This document shows, piece after piece, positions 24,600-37,355 of a stretch of 64,000 bases of DNA. The translations under genes were made by a program, and so were the position numbers. This stretch comes from Hamiltosporidium tvaerminnensis FI-OER-3-3 (Eukaryota; Fungi; Microsporidia). Location: positions 744,001 through 808,000 of the forward strand of contig CM061249.1 in assembly GCA_022605425.2 (NCBI GenBank), written 5' to 3'. The notes beneath the pieces are model-generated. The model was not told the origin of the DNA and did not search any database. It saw nothing but the letters and a program-made list of their open reading frames with translations. Every line of letters starts with the position of its first letter. Position 1 is the stretch's first letter.

Positions 24600-24841
24600 T
24601 ATATAGAATAGAAAATTCTAAAAAACACTAAAGCTATAAAAATAATTTATATTCATGAGTATATAATCGGAGTATAAAATTTAAAACAATTTAAATAGTT
24701 TAAAGAAATTAAAAATAACTTAAAAATTGAAAAGAAAATCTTTATTGTAAAAATCATGTTATTGAATCCGACACATGTCACCAGCACGTCTCCTGAATGA
24801 GAAAGTTACCTGCCCTTTTAGCTTCCTCTTCTGCTTGTCGT

Positions 24842-26848
24842 TTAGCTTCCTCTTCCTTCCTCTTCCTCTTCCTCTTCCTTTTCCTTTTCCTTTTCCTCTT
24901 GCTCTTCCTCTTGCTCTTCCTCTTCCGCTTCCGCTATCCTTTTAGCTTCCCCTGTTCCTGATCCCGTTTCTGATCCTGCTCCTGGTTCTGTTCCTGGTGG
25001 CGGTGGTGATGGTGGTGATGGTGATCGTGGAAGTGGTGATGGTGATCCTGGAAGTGGTGATCCTGGTAGTTTTGTTGTTTGTGATGGTGTTTGTGATGGT
25101 GTTTGTGATGGTGTTTGTGATGGTGTTTGTGATGGTGATCGTGATGGTGGCGCTTGTGGTGATGGTGATCGTGATCGTGGAAGTGGTGATGGTGATCCTG
25201 GAAGTGGTGATCCTGGTAGTTTTGTTGTTTGTGATGGTGTTTGTGATGGTGTTTGTGATGGTGATCGTGATTGTGGCGCTTGTGGTGATGGTGATGGTGA
25301 TCGTGGCGCTTGTGGTGATGGTGATCGTGATCGTGATCGTGATCGTGATCCTGGAAGTGGTGATCCTGGAAGTGGTGATCCTGGTAGTTTTGTTGTTTGT
25401 GATGGTGTTTGTGATGGTGATCGTGATGGTGGCGCTTGTGGTGATGGTGATCGTGATCGTGGAAGTGGTGATGGTGATCCTGGAAGTGGTGATCCTGGTA
25501 GTTTTGTTGTTTGTGATGGTGTTTGTGATGGTGTTTGTGATGGTGATCGTGATTGTGGCGCTTGTGGTGATGGTGATGGTGATCGTGGCGCTTGTGGTGA
25601 TGGTGATGGTGATGGTGGCGCTTGTGGTGATGGTGATCGTGATGGTGATCGTGATGGTGATCGTGATGGTGATCCTGGAAGTGGTGATCCTGGTAGTTTT
25701 GTTGTTTGTGATGGTGTTTGTGATGGTGTTTGTGATGGTGTTTGTGATGGTGATCGTGATGGTGGCGCTTGTGGTGATGGTGATCGTGATGGTGATCGTG
25801 ATCGTGGAAGTGGTGATGGTGATCCTGGAAGTGGTGATCCTGGTAGTTTTGTTGTTTGTGATGGTGATCGTGATTGTGGCGCTTGTGGTGATGGTGATGG
25901 TGATCGTGGCGCTTGTGGTGATGGTGATGGTGATCGTGGCGCTTGTGGTGATGGTGATCGTGATGGTGATCGTGATCGTGATCCTGGAAGTGGTGATGGT
26001 GATCCTGGAAGTGGTGATCCTGGTAGTTTTGTTGTTTGTGATGGTGTTTGTGATGGTGTTTGTGATGGTGATCGTGATGGTGGCGCTTGTGGTGATGGTG
26101 ATCGTGATGGTGGCGCTTGTGGTGATGGTGATGGTGGAGAAATGATTGAGCAAGAAGTATAAAATACAAAGGCCACAAATTCAATTGCTTTATATTCAGA
26201 AAGAGGTTTATAACCTTCAAACTCAAGATTTCGTCTACTCTCTTCCTCTATTTTATTATTATTATTAACACGCAATGTGCTTACCAAAATCTTTTTATCA
26301 TCTTTTACTTCAATATAACATGTTTTTTGCTTTGATTTATTCGAAATGCCCGCAGAAATGACATCTGATGTAAGCTTCAAGTATGATCTGAACTGGTTTT
26401 TTCTCTTCAAAAAAAGACCAATTTTAACCAAACTTCCTACATCATCTGCTTGTTTTTTCAACTTGGTAATGTCAACGTTAAAATTCATAGAGAACATTTT
26501 AGTATCACCAAACTCAGAAAATTTGATATCTTCGTATTTCTTATTGGCTATAGCGTTTCCAAGCTTCTTTTTTGCTTCACTAGCTTTAATCAAAATTCCG
26601 GATTCATATGCTTTCTTGCCGTCTTTTTCATCTAAATAAAAACAACAAGTGTTTGACGCAACAAGACTCTGATGTATCTCTTTAAAATGTGGATTTTTCT
26701 TAACAGTTTCAAGCTCATCAACAAAAGACTTAAGCATTTTGTTTGCACGATGCAACGAAAACATTAAAAAAGTAGCCCCCATAATCATAATAAATGTGCA
26801 TGCTGTAAATATCACAAAAATTATTTTTCTTTTTCGAATTGTATCCAT
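24842..26848 (-). CDS. N-terminally anchored protein with a long Pro/Ser/Thr-rich repeat stalk and an acidic tail (putative surface protein)
   Basis: Signal-anchor IIFVIFTACTFIMIMGATFLMF, a ~200-aa globular part, about 380 aa of SP/QTP/KLPGSP repeats and a Glu-rich end. CCC motif directly before the ATG. Confidence 0.8.
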   Translation of the reverse strand: MDTIRKRKIIFVIFTACTFIMIMGATFLMFSLHRANKMLKSFVDELETVKKNPHFKEIHQSLVASNTCCFYLDEKDGKKAYESGILIKASEAKKKLGNAIANKKYEDIKFSEFGDTKMFSMNFNVDITKLKKQADDVGSLVKIGLFLKRKNQFRSYLKLTSDVISAGISNKSKQKTCYIEVKDDKKILVSTLRVNNNNKIEEESRRNLEFEGYKPLSEYKAIEFVAFVFYTSCSIISPPSPSPQAPPSRSPSPQAPPSRSPSQTPSQTPSQTTKLPGSPLPGSPSPLPGSRSRSPSRSPSPQAPRSPSPSPQAPRSPSPSPQAPQSRSPSQTTKLPGSPLPGSPSPLPRSRSPSRSPSPQAPPSRSPSQTPSQTPSQTPSQTTKLPGSPLPGSPSRSPSRSPSRSPSPQAPPSPSPSPQAPRSPSPSPQAPQSRSPSQTPSQTPSQTTKLPGSPLPGSPSPLPRSRSPSPQAPPSRSPSQTPSQTTKLPGSPLPGSPLPGSRSRSRSRSPSPQAPRSPSPSPQAPQSRSPSQTPSQTPSQTTKLPGSPLPGSPSPLPRSRSPSPQAPPSRSPSQTPSQTPSQTPSQTPSQTTKLPGSPLPGSPSPLPRSPSPPSPPPPGTEPGAGSETGSGTGEAKRIAEAEEEEQEEEQEEKEKEKEEEEEEEGRGS

Positions 26849-29051
26849 GGGATGCAGATTTTTTCTATTTAAATAGTTTTAAAGGAGATTTCAATTAACT
26901 AAATATAGTTAAAACGAAAAAAATCATTTCCATTATAGTAAATTTTTAAAATAATTAGATATTTTTATATTTTTTTGAAAAATTATTGATTTTAAAAACA
27001 GATTTCTATTTTAGATTAATTATTTTTAAATAAGATATTAGCTAATTTATAAATTTAGAACAATAAAAACAAAAATTCGTTGATTTAATAAGTCTAAGAC
27101 TGTTATTAGAATTCCCAAAGCAGAATTTTAAAGTTGTAAATTTTGAAGCTGTATTTAGTTAAATATTTTCTGAGTCGACTGAATCAATTAAAAATAGTTG
27201 TTGAATTTATTATTGGTCGCTTCAAAATCATTAATTTGATTTTTATCAAATTTAATTATCCTTAAAAAGTATTATTATAAAAAATTTTACCAAAAATATT
27301 AGTTGTAAAAATTAAATAAAGGAGAGCATTTTGATTTGATTTATCCTAAATACTATCAAATTATATTTTAAAATAATCAACAAAAAAAATATTTTTAAGT
27401 TGCTTGTATTACCGAACTTTACTAAGTTAATTCCCTCAGTTAAAGACCATTTGTATTAAAGATAATTTTTTCAATCATAAATAATGTTTTTATAGCACTT
27501 TTTTTTATGTATCGCTTTTTAATAAAAAAATTGTATTTTTCATTGATACTGGTTTTTATATGAAAAAATTTTTAAACAATAAAATTCATTAGCATACTAT
27601 TTTTTAGAACTGACCTTTTTAGAATCAAAAATGGTTTTTTGCAAATAAATATATTTTCTTAATAATTTCTATCTAAACTACGACGCAAATGTTATGTTTA
27701 AGCTATATTGTAACTTCTATTTTTTTATATTTTCACCTCCAAAAATAGAAATATCAAATATTTTGATATAAAATTAGAATTAAAATTTTTCTGATTTATA
27801 ATTTGGATTCTAGATTTTAAAACAAAATGTAATTAATTGGATATTTTTTTTAACAAATCAATTTTTTATTTGGAAAAGGAAAATTATATAAATAAAAAAA
27901 TTCTTTTATATATTGTGGTTCTAATCTACTTAAGAAATGAGCAAATTGGATTTCTTTAGAATTGAAAATAAATAAAATTTTAGTTAAGTGTTTCAAATTC
28001 TAGTACTTTTTTATAATTTATTTAAAATAATATAATTTGTTAATTTTTGATCAATTTTAAAAAAATTCAAATTGATTTTATTCTTCAGAAAATAAAGTCA
28101 TTGTTATTGATCTGTTATCAAACATGTTTTTTTCTTTTAAAATGCTTGCTACTGATATATTTCTATCTAAAAAGTCACAAAATATCAAGTAGCAGTATTT
28201 TTACGAATTTCAATTACTTAAATTGCTATTCTCCTTATAGAAACAAAAAATTGAAATTAATATAATTTCAAAAGAAGTTATACTGTACTTTACTATTTTA
28301 AACGCCAATTTTATCATTATATTCGTTATTCTAATAACGTTAGACCATATAAAAGAATCAGACATAAATATATTTAAATGATAGGAAAAACCAATTTTTA
28401 TGTATGAAGTTACAAAGAACCTTAAAGAATTAAAATAAACATCAAGACAAAACAGCCTATATTCTAAAATAATATTTTTTCAAATAAACTCGAAAATCTT
28501 GTAAAATTTATAATATTGATCAAATTTTACTGAGCTATTTTGTAGTTAAAAAATTACTTCTTTATTTTTTCGAGATTTAAAATACTAGAACACAAATAAG
28601 AACAAAGTACATAGCTTTTGTCACTTGTTGGTTTTTCTTAATATTGAATATTTGTCGAGTGAGTTTTAAGTACAATTGTAAGCAACTATTTAATTGAAGT
28701 GTTAAAGTGACCAATCAACACCAAAATCCCTTTTTTCAATACAAGCATGAAAATTTCGTGCAAACCGAATAAAACCAAATTTTTAATGTTTATTAGAAGC
28801 TTGTACGTAAAAACCACATAACATGTGAAAAATCAGAGTATATACGTATTATGTTTGAATTTACAATATTATCTTGGTTTTAATACTGTGTATTACAAAA
28901 AAGTGTTTATCCTTCAAGCAATAGCTATTTTATTTGGAGTTCAATCCGTAGTCTAAACGAGAAATATATTTTTGCTTTACTCTATAGAATAGAAAATAAA
29001 ATAACTTATAAAATGTTTTTAAAATTAATTGCAATGAAAATTCAAAATATA

Positions 29052-30188
29052 TATACTAGAGGTTAAGCTCGTAGAAACGAACTTTCTTTTATTTTCCTAA
29101 GAAAATAATCCCAAAGTTCATTATCTGAGCCAAAGTTTCTTAACATTTTTAATAAAAACTTTATACTCTCACCTAGTCTATTCTTCGTATATTTTCTAGT
29201 GTTTCATTTTTGATTATTTGCCGCTCTTAAGAATTCTCAATAAAATCTAGGATATTTTTTAATTAGCTTATTCTCCTCCTTCTGTTTTATTTACTTTTAA
29301 TTTTTTAGAGCTTCGGCTCGACATTTTATGCTTGTTCTTTTCACCTTCCACTTATTTTTAATCAATTCTGTCTTTTTTCGAATAATTTTCTTTATCCGGA
29401 ACAAATGTTCTTTTAACTATTCATTCATATTTGGAACCACAGCCCTGTGCGGGCCTTGGCATCCCTTAGTAATACCACCCACTGGTCTTTTTCCAGTTTG
29501 TTTGTTTACCTATCGGGTTTCGTAATAAGGTGGTTTTAAGGGTGGATTGTTAGATCTAAGCCCAACTCCAACATGAGGATCAGCCCTTTTTAGGTGCCTC
29601 TTACGAAAGCAGATATTACTCCAAGTCAATTCTGCTCCCTGCATGGTAGGGAATCTTTTAACTAATGCTTTTTTTTATCTATTTATTGTATAAATTCTTA
29701 ACCATTTTTATTAAAAATCTTTTGATTTAATCAAATATAAAGTTCTATGAAGCTATTCAAGCCATATTTGTGTTACGCAATTATTATTGAGAATATAAAT
29801 AAATTGCATGGAAGAACGGCAAAAAAACATCATTTGTATCATAAAATTTTTTATGCAACTGTAAATTCGTAGAAAAGAAATCAGAACAAATTAATTTAAA
29901 TTTTTTTTCAAGAATGAAAACTTAAGAAAAATAAAAAAACAAATTTATTATGTTATTCTTGATAAATATTACAATCTGGAAACGATTTTAACAATGTTTA
30001 GTCAAAATTTTTTTAACCAATAGAATCTTTTTAATTGTTTTCTGTTCAGTTCTACTCACTATTATTTGTTGTGTATGTTTTAAAAACAAATAAAAAGCGA
30101 CATATCTTAATTGGAGCACGCCTATTGGTATCTTATATTTTTTTAACCAATTAAACATTTCGAGGTGAGTCGTCATCGTCGGGACATT
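29052..30188 (-). repeat. Degenerate dispersed repeat of probable coding origin, copy 2 (interrupted by an RTE-derived element)
   Basis: Homologous to 21362-22285. Peptide MFNWLKKYKIPIGVLQLRYVAFYL. Confidence 0.75.
29420..29653 (-). mobile_element. Short non-autonomous RTE-derived retroelement
   Basis: Perfect 11-bp TSD tcttttaacta at 29409-29419 and 29654-29664. Minus strand carries cgtaagaggc (RTE 5' motif) and the 3' end gccaaggcccgcacagggctgt followed by an atga tail. Confidence 0.75.
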
Positions 30189-30413
30189 ACTGAATTATAT
30201 AAATGATACAGTATATCAAAAAAAAATCCAGATACTTAAAAAATACTGAATTTCATATCTTTTTAGTGGAATTTTAACTGGGTTTATAGATAATGACTTA
30301 TAATATTGTATACCTATGTTGCTCTTTAGTAGTTTGTTCATAATCTCTAGTTATACATTTTAACAAATATCTTTTTAAATTTCAAAAAAAACAGAAACCG
30401 AAAAATTATTAAA

Positions 30414-32533
30414 TGTGACGGGCCAATAAACCCCCCGTGTCCAATAGAACCCCGTTATTTCTTATACATTTTTAATCTTGATAGCGCCCTTTATTTTTTC
30501 AAATAGCCTTTTAAGTTCTATACCCTTATAACCTATTTATTTCCCTTATTCCTATACATATTCTTATTTTAGTTTCTTTCCAATATTTCTTATTCATCCT
30601 TTCTTAACATTTCTTTTGTATAAACAAAGGATGTGTTAATTATGAATAAAATATCCAATAAAATTTATATTTTTCTTTTCAGTTCTTTTTTTGCTTTTTT
30701 CAGTTATTTGCATTTGTTAGTATTCGTAAGGCAAAAATTCGTTGTAAATTTGATACAGACACTAAACAACATGAAATTGTATATACATTTATTTAAAGCT
30801 CTCATATTATTTTTTTTTCTAAGTTTTCATTCTAAATATATAAAAATATAATGTAACCAAAATGCCAAAGATTGTAAGTTGTAAAAATAGGCAAGAAAAA
30901 GAAATTCTTATAGCATATTAATAAACCGGTCCGCATCCAGCTTAGTATTCCAAAGAAGAAAAGAGGTTGTTGAGGCAGAAGGCAGAATATTTTACTTTGT
31001 TCAGAGATGAGATTTGTTTTAAAAGGCGCGATCATCTAATAAGAGCCGTTTTTGGATTTGAAACTGCCTTGATTAAACAAATTATTCAAACATAGCATGC
31101 TGTTGCACACACTGGAGTAAATAAAATGATGGCTTTGATTGTAAAAAATATTATGGGATTCCCAAGGCATAGAAAAGAGAGTATGTAAAAGACTGTGAAG
31201 CATGTAGTCGATTCGATTCTCCAAAAATAATTCAGCCAATATATATAAATCATATTACCAAAAAATATGATCTTTTTATGATGGATTGTGTAGATTTCAG
31301 GAGATACAGTGATCAAAATGATCAATATAGCTAGATTATTAATATAATCGGCACATAAACAAAACATCTCTGGTGCTTTAAGCTGATTAAAGAGACTTCG
31401 GAATAAATAAGAGATTCATTAAAATTTTTATTTGACAACTTTGGTGTACCGGTGGCATTACAATCTGATAACGGAAGAGTTTAAAAATACACTAATTGAA
31501 GCCTCTTTAACAGTTCTTAACATCAAAATTATACATGAAAGACTACACAATCCAAAGGCGCAAGGTCAAGTGGAACGTAAAAATCAAACGAAAAAAAGAT
31601 GGCTAGCGAAGAAATTGCATGAAACAGGTGATCGAAAGTGAATGGAACATCTTAATAATGTTGTTTATGCATATTACAGAACAATACATTGTGCAAAAAA
31701 CAAATCTACATTTATGCTTTTCTTCGCACAACCAGGTTTTAAAAATCCCCTTTCTAGAAGCATAATAGTTGAAAACGAAACCAGTACGATGGTGCCTGCT
31801 ATTGATGTACATCTTGATATAGTTTTTTTCGAAGAAAATGCAGCGGATACAGAATGGTACCTAGAAATTGCCTTGATGTAACATGAAAAATTTATTGAAA
31901 CAGTAACCAACACAACCACTAATAAAGCTGATGATCTCGGAAGCGATATTATGATTCCTTCAGATGTTGCTAAGCATTCTAAAAATTATAGAGAAAGAAT
32001 TTTAGAAAGCAACAATTCAAATAAACTCAAGAGAGATTTGTCTATTGGAGATCAATTTTTAATAAAAAAAGACTTCGATATGAATACTAAAACTAAAAAA
32101 GCGCCCTTTGAATCTTTTTACGATATTTCGGTTTATACAGTTACCGCTATTTGATGAACAACATGATTGAAGTAAAAAACAATGATGGTCACACAAGAAC
32201 GGTTTTTAGAGGCGTAATAAAACGTATTTAATTTAATTTACATTGCAATTAAAATAGGCTTTTTTTTAGTCTTATCATTAAAGTTTTTATTTTTATTCTA
32301 GTAAAACTTGAAATATTTTTTTTTGGCGTGAATTCAGGTTAAAAACTATATAAGCACTTTTAAAGAGACCCCCTATTAAATTTAGAAAAAATCACTTCCT
32401 TTTTTCAATACATGGCCTAACCCAAAATATATCAAAATAACCGGGGTTGTATAAATCATTAGAAAATAGAGGAGGCAGTATATAGGAAATAACGGGGTGC
32501 TATTGGGCATGGGGAGTTTATTGGCCCGTGACA
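30414..32533 (+). mobile_element. Ginger-like (integrase-type DDE) DNA transposon, decayed
   Basis: ~50-bp TIRs starting TGT and ending ACA (tgtgacgggccaataaac.ccc..tg.ccaatag.accccgttatttc). 5-bp TSD ttaaa. Integrase remnants LQSDNG, HNPKAQGQVERKNQT.K and a H..C..C zinc motif region. Confidence 0.85.
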
Positions 32534-32548
32534 TTAAATAATAATAAA

Positions 32549-34197
32549 TGTCGCGATTCATAATGCCCCCCATGTCCTTTGTGCCCGTTACTACCAATAC
32601 CCCCCCTCTTTATTTTGAATATATTTATAAACCCCATAGTTTCTATTCATTCATATTTAACGTCACCAAATTAAAATATGAAGTATTTTGTTTCTAAATA
32701 TAATAGGGGTCAAGTGAAAATGAATGTTTGTATACTTTTACTTTTATTTTTCCTCCAAAAATATTTATCGTAATCAACTTTGAAAATAAAACCATTTCCT
32801 GCTATCTTAACACTTCTTATTGATAAAATAACACATATTTAAAAAAGAAAAGAATAAAATTAAATTTATTTTACTATACCTTTCTAAACAGTTCTTTTTT
32901 AGCATTAACATTTTATAATTCTACCATACTATTAATAAAAATATGTGTTTCTGTGAAGACAGAATCAAAAAAAAAAGAATCAAACGAAGCGCGTTTAGCC
33001 CTGTAAATATGTCAAAATCCTTTTTTTTATCATCACCTTATCATCAATAAGAAGATTCCTTATTGTTTTATTTGAATCTTTACTTTCTATGATTATTTTT
33101 TTATGTTTTTCAAAATGTTTACATACTTCCGTATTGGTTTCAAACTTTTTATCAATTTTAAAAACATTAATTGTTGAAGATAAAGCAAGACATCTAGGCT
33201 CATACACTCCATTATACATTTCAGACGCAACCTCTTAATTTCACTGTGTCTTTATATCCTGGATCATAATTCCTTGTTGTTAATGCCTCAGAACTAATTT
33301 AGTCAACAAATACTAAATCATCTTTTGGTTCCTCCGTCACTATACTACCAGAGGGAGAGTTTCTAAATCCAAGTTGACTATTAAAAGTTAAAAAATGAAT
33401 TATTTGAAGCACTATGTATTTTTCTATTATAAGCCTACATAACATCATTTTTAAAAACGATCTATATTTTTGTAGCAGTAACATATAACTTTTTTGGATA
33501 ACTATATTTTAATGTTTGATTCCTCCATTCAATTTGTCCCCGAGCCTTTGTATTATGTGGTCTTCCATATATAATTTGAATGTTAACAGCAGTTAAGTAT
33601 CTTTCCAGTATTTCATTTACGAATTCTTAATCATTTCGGATTTAATCGCTACTGAAATACCAAAATTAACAAAAATAAACTATAATGAATCTTCTGCGAA
33701 CTGTGAAGTCTTGTTGATCGTCTTTAACATCCAGAAATGCGTTGTATAAGTGTCTATTATGTTCCAAGTTGAATAATCTCATCATTTTGCTCAGCGTATC
33801 TTCTAAGATGTTCACAATCAATCATAAATAAATTATATTATTTTTGTAAATTTATTCATTGGTAAGAGGCATTTCTCGGAAATTTGTTTCCTTATAACAT
33901 GTTATTGCATTTTAAAACATTTATTCAGTCGATAATATCAAACAATAGCAAGCCGTAAAACTTTGCATTGAAACTATTTGTATATGTATTTCTTGGTAAT
34001 CGATTTGCTTCAAAGACTCTAATCCGACTATATAAATATAGAAATATCATAGGAGCAATAAAGGTGGAGTAAATACGTAATAACCCGGAAATTATAGGAT
34101 ATAAATATAATAAAAATAACATATATCTCAATAAATAAAGGGTGTTATTAATATATAAAACTGCATTAAAAATAACGGGGCACTAAGGATTGTGACA
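32549..34197 (-). mobile_element. Second Ginger-like transposon, more decayed, opposite orientation
   Basis: Ends tgtcgcgatt..gtgcccgtta and taacggggcac..attgtgaca. TSD ataaa/ataga. Minus-strand integrase remnants (GRPHNTKARGQIE, IIDTYT, NFGI) parallel the adjacent element. Confidence 0.7.
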
Positions 34198-35294
34198 ATA
34201 GATAATAATTTCAATTTATGTTGTGATGTTATTTTGGAGAGCATCTTATTTTGTAAAAAACGAGTTTCTCCTGTTTATGTGCTTTTTAGTGAGAATACTT
34301 CGAAAATACATACTTTATACATTAGTCATGTACTTTTTTCCATATAGGCTTGGTTTTATTTATGTTTCCACTCTTCATAGTATATATTGGCCTGTATATT
34401 GCGTTAAAAATCTGTTATCATAGTCGAAACAATTTAATCTAGTATATTACACTTTATGTTTACTCGAGGTCTAATGGTTATATGTTGACTCAATATTCTT
34501 AAAGATTCGATTTAGTCTATTTACCGCGGAATTTCATTTGCAGAAAAATTCATAATTTCACACATGTTTTTCTTATGTCGATGCGTGTTGCAGTATGTGT
34601 CAAAAAACATGACACAGGGAGGCAAATGGTAAATTTACACTGTCTCACTTTCATTTGATTTTCCTTCGATTTCTGGGCATTTGTGCTCCCTTTTTAACGC
34701 ATTGATAGTAACATCCAACTAAATTTCCCATTAAATGCCTCAGATTCAAGCTCGACTTTTTCTATGCTTTTTTTTAATTTCTTTTTTCTCTCCAAGAGCA
34801 CGGATATAAGCCATATCTGGTTTATGGCTTTTAAGGTGCCTAGTATTGAACATAATTCTATCACCCGAATTCCTTTCAAAGTGCCAGAAGTATGTAGACT
34901 GGTCATTCAATCGCCTGATCTAATCGAATAATTAATGAGGCTATAAAACGAGCGCTGGCATCAAAAACCCATACCGCGCTAGTCTGGAAATTATTATTTC
35001 GGGGTAAGTAATTGTTGTTATAAACGGTTCATTAAGGGGATGTCTCTTTCATCGGTATTAAATTTGGAACGAACAAGTTTAATTCTTTTGAATTTTTTTT
35101 CGAATTTTTTATAACACTTTTTCTATTTCCTTGAATAATTTCATTGCCTAATTTTCTCTCTCTTCTGATTACATTTTTTTATAAAATAATTATTTATAAA
35201 AAATGCCTAATAATGTTAGCTTATTAATAAAAAATCACAATTTAAATTTTTGTCTTGCATTTATTTATTTCAAAAAATTCTAACCTTCGTTTCT

Positions 35295-35720
35295 ATGTTT
35301 AGATCAATAAACAAGAAAGATATTTTTTCATCTCTTAAAAGGATAAATTTAGAAAAAGAAAAAATTATAGAAAAATATAAATCATCCGTAAAAGACAATA
35401 CATACGAACAATTATTTGAATTTGAAATCGAATTTCCTGAAAATAAAAAAGTTTTAAATCTTACAAAAAAATACGCTCTTCATAATTATATCAGGAAAAG
35501 TGATTCAAAAAAACTTGAAAAATTACTTTATAAAAATTTACATTTAGATGAATTTTCTTTGTTTCTTTTGATAGAAAAAATAATAGATTCTAAAAGATAT
35601 ATATTGGCTATAAAATTACTGCATTTTACTAAAAATAACCATATGTCCTCTGTTAAATACTATGAACTTAAACGAAGAATTTATAAAATGTATTTTCAAA
35701 AGGAAAAAAATACCATATAG
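35295..35720 (+). CDS. Hypothetical protein
   Basis: Non-repetitive ORF of about 141 aa from MFRSINKK. No recognisable motif. Confidence 0.5.
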   Translation: MFRSINKKDIFSSLKRINLEKEKIIEKYKSSVKDNTYEQLFEFEIEFPENKKVLNLTKKYALHNYIRKSDSKKLEKLLYKNLHLDEFSLFLLIEKIIDSKRYILAIKLLHFTKNNHMSSVKYYELKRRIYKMYFQKEKNTI

Positions 35721-37068
35721 TACCTACAAAAAAGACCCTTTAAAACAATTTATAAATATCATTTCTTAAAAAATATCAATTTTTTTTTCAATTATCTTTT
35801 TTCTGCAAATATTGTGATTTCTAAGGATTGAAAACATATTTTTATTTTTGAATATTTCTTATCTTTAACTATTTTTTATTGTAAAGATTAAACTAGCATT
35901 CCTAATTTCAATTTATTATCATAAAATTTTAATTTTTATTTTTAAATATTTTTTGTCTTTAGATGTTTTAGAATAAGTAAAAACAAGATAATATTAGATT
36001 TTTAGACTTAACTTGCATTCGGAATTAATAAAAAGTGAACGATCGTATTTCTACCGCTATTTTATTTATATTAATTTTAATACAATAAATCTGGATTTTA
36101 CTTCTAAAATCTTATATTCTATGTGTAATTTATCATTTTGTGTATTTTTTTGGTTCATAATTTATCTCTTCACAAAGCTATAATTGATTATTTATTAAAT
36201 TTCCGTTTTTTTGTTTTTACTAATTAAACACGAAGATATCTTTTTAAATTTTTAAATTAAGATAAAAATAGTAAATTTTATATTTGCCACAAAACTTAAA
36301 TGAAATACAAATTTTTATAAGAAAAACTACTGTAATTGAAAGCTCAAAAAATATTTGGCATTTATATTTTCATACTAAATAATGTAATATATTCGATTCC
36401 AGTGTATCTAAATTGCTTTAAAATGAAAATTATAATTAATAATATTATTGATAGTTATCTTTGCATATAAGTAACTTTTAGAATGACAAAATGTTTTAAT
36501 TTTTGTGCTGAATCAACAAAGTGTAATATATTTGTAAAATCCTATTCAATAAATCTGATACATATTTCACTAAAAGAATTAAATATTATGAATCTATATT
36601 TATTATTTGTCATTTCATCCACTTTAATTTTTTTATACTAATAATCTATGAAAAAATAATTACTTGTAAAGAATTGGGTAATATTTATAGATGCAGTATA
36701 GAAGTAATTCAGTATGTGATAACATGAGATTATATTGCTATAAAAACTATATTATTTATTCTTGAAAGTGTGTTTTGGTCGTAATATATCATTCAATTAA
36801 ATTAAAAATACTTCAAAACATTATTCATTTATATTTTGATTTTAAAGTAGAATTTTAGCCACACTATTGCCAAGTTTTTAAAGAAACCCGCAAAATCATA
36901 AAAGAAGTTGTATTACTCAAAACATTTTTAAATAAATGCCACTGAAATTTGGTCGAGAAAGATATGTATTGTGTTTTTACAATTAAATACCTACTCGTTT
37001 ATAATAATATGCGGAATTTTTGTTGGCTAAAATAGGAAAATATTAATTAATATAAAGAATATTAATTA

Positions 37069-37355
37069 ATATAAAGAATATAAAGAATATAAAGAATATA
37101 AAGAATATAAAGAATATAAAGAATATAAAGAATATAAAGAATATAAAGAATATAAAGAATATAAAGAATATAAAGAATATAAAGAATATAAAGAATATAA
37201 AGAATATAAAGAATATAAAGAGAAATAAAGAAATATAAAGAGAAATAAAGAAATATAAAGAATATAAAGAATATAAAGAATATAAAGAATATAAAGAATA
37301 TAAAGAGAAATAAAGAAATATAAAGAGAAATAAAGAAATATAAAGAATATAAAAG
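37069..37355. repeat. 9-bp minisatellite (aagaatata)n
   Basis: About 30 copies, with variants aagagaaata and aagaaatata. Confidence 0.95.

Noticed and set aside
24934-26226. His-rich (430 aa), Thr/Ile-rich (403 aa) and Val/Met-rich (382 aa) long overlapping ORFs
   Set aside because: These are shadow frames of the tcacca-based repeat in the Pro/Ser-rich gene. The repeat happens to contain no stops, and only the Pro/Ser frame joins a signal-anchor domain.
34220-35060. GC-richer ORF-less stretch that might be a TE remnant
   Set aside because: No transposase motif or termini could be identified with confidence.
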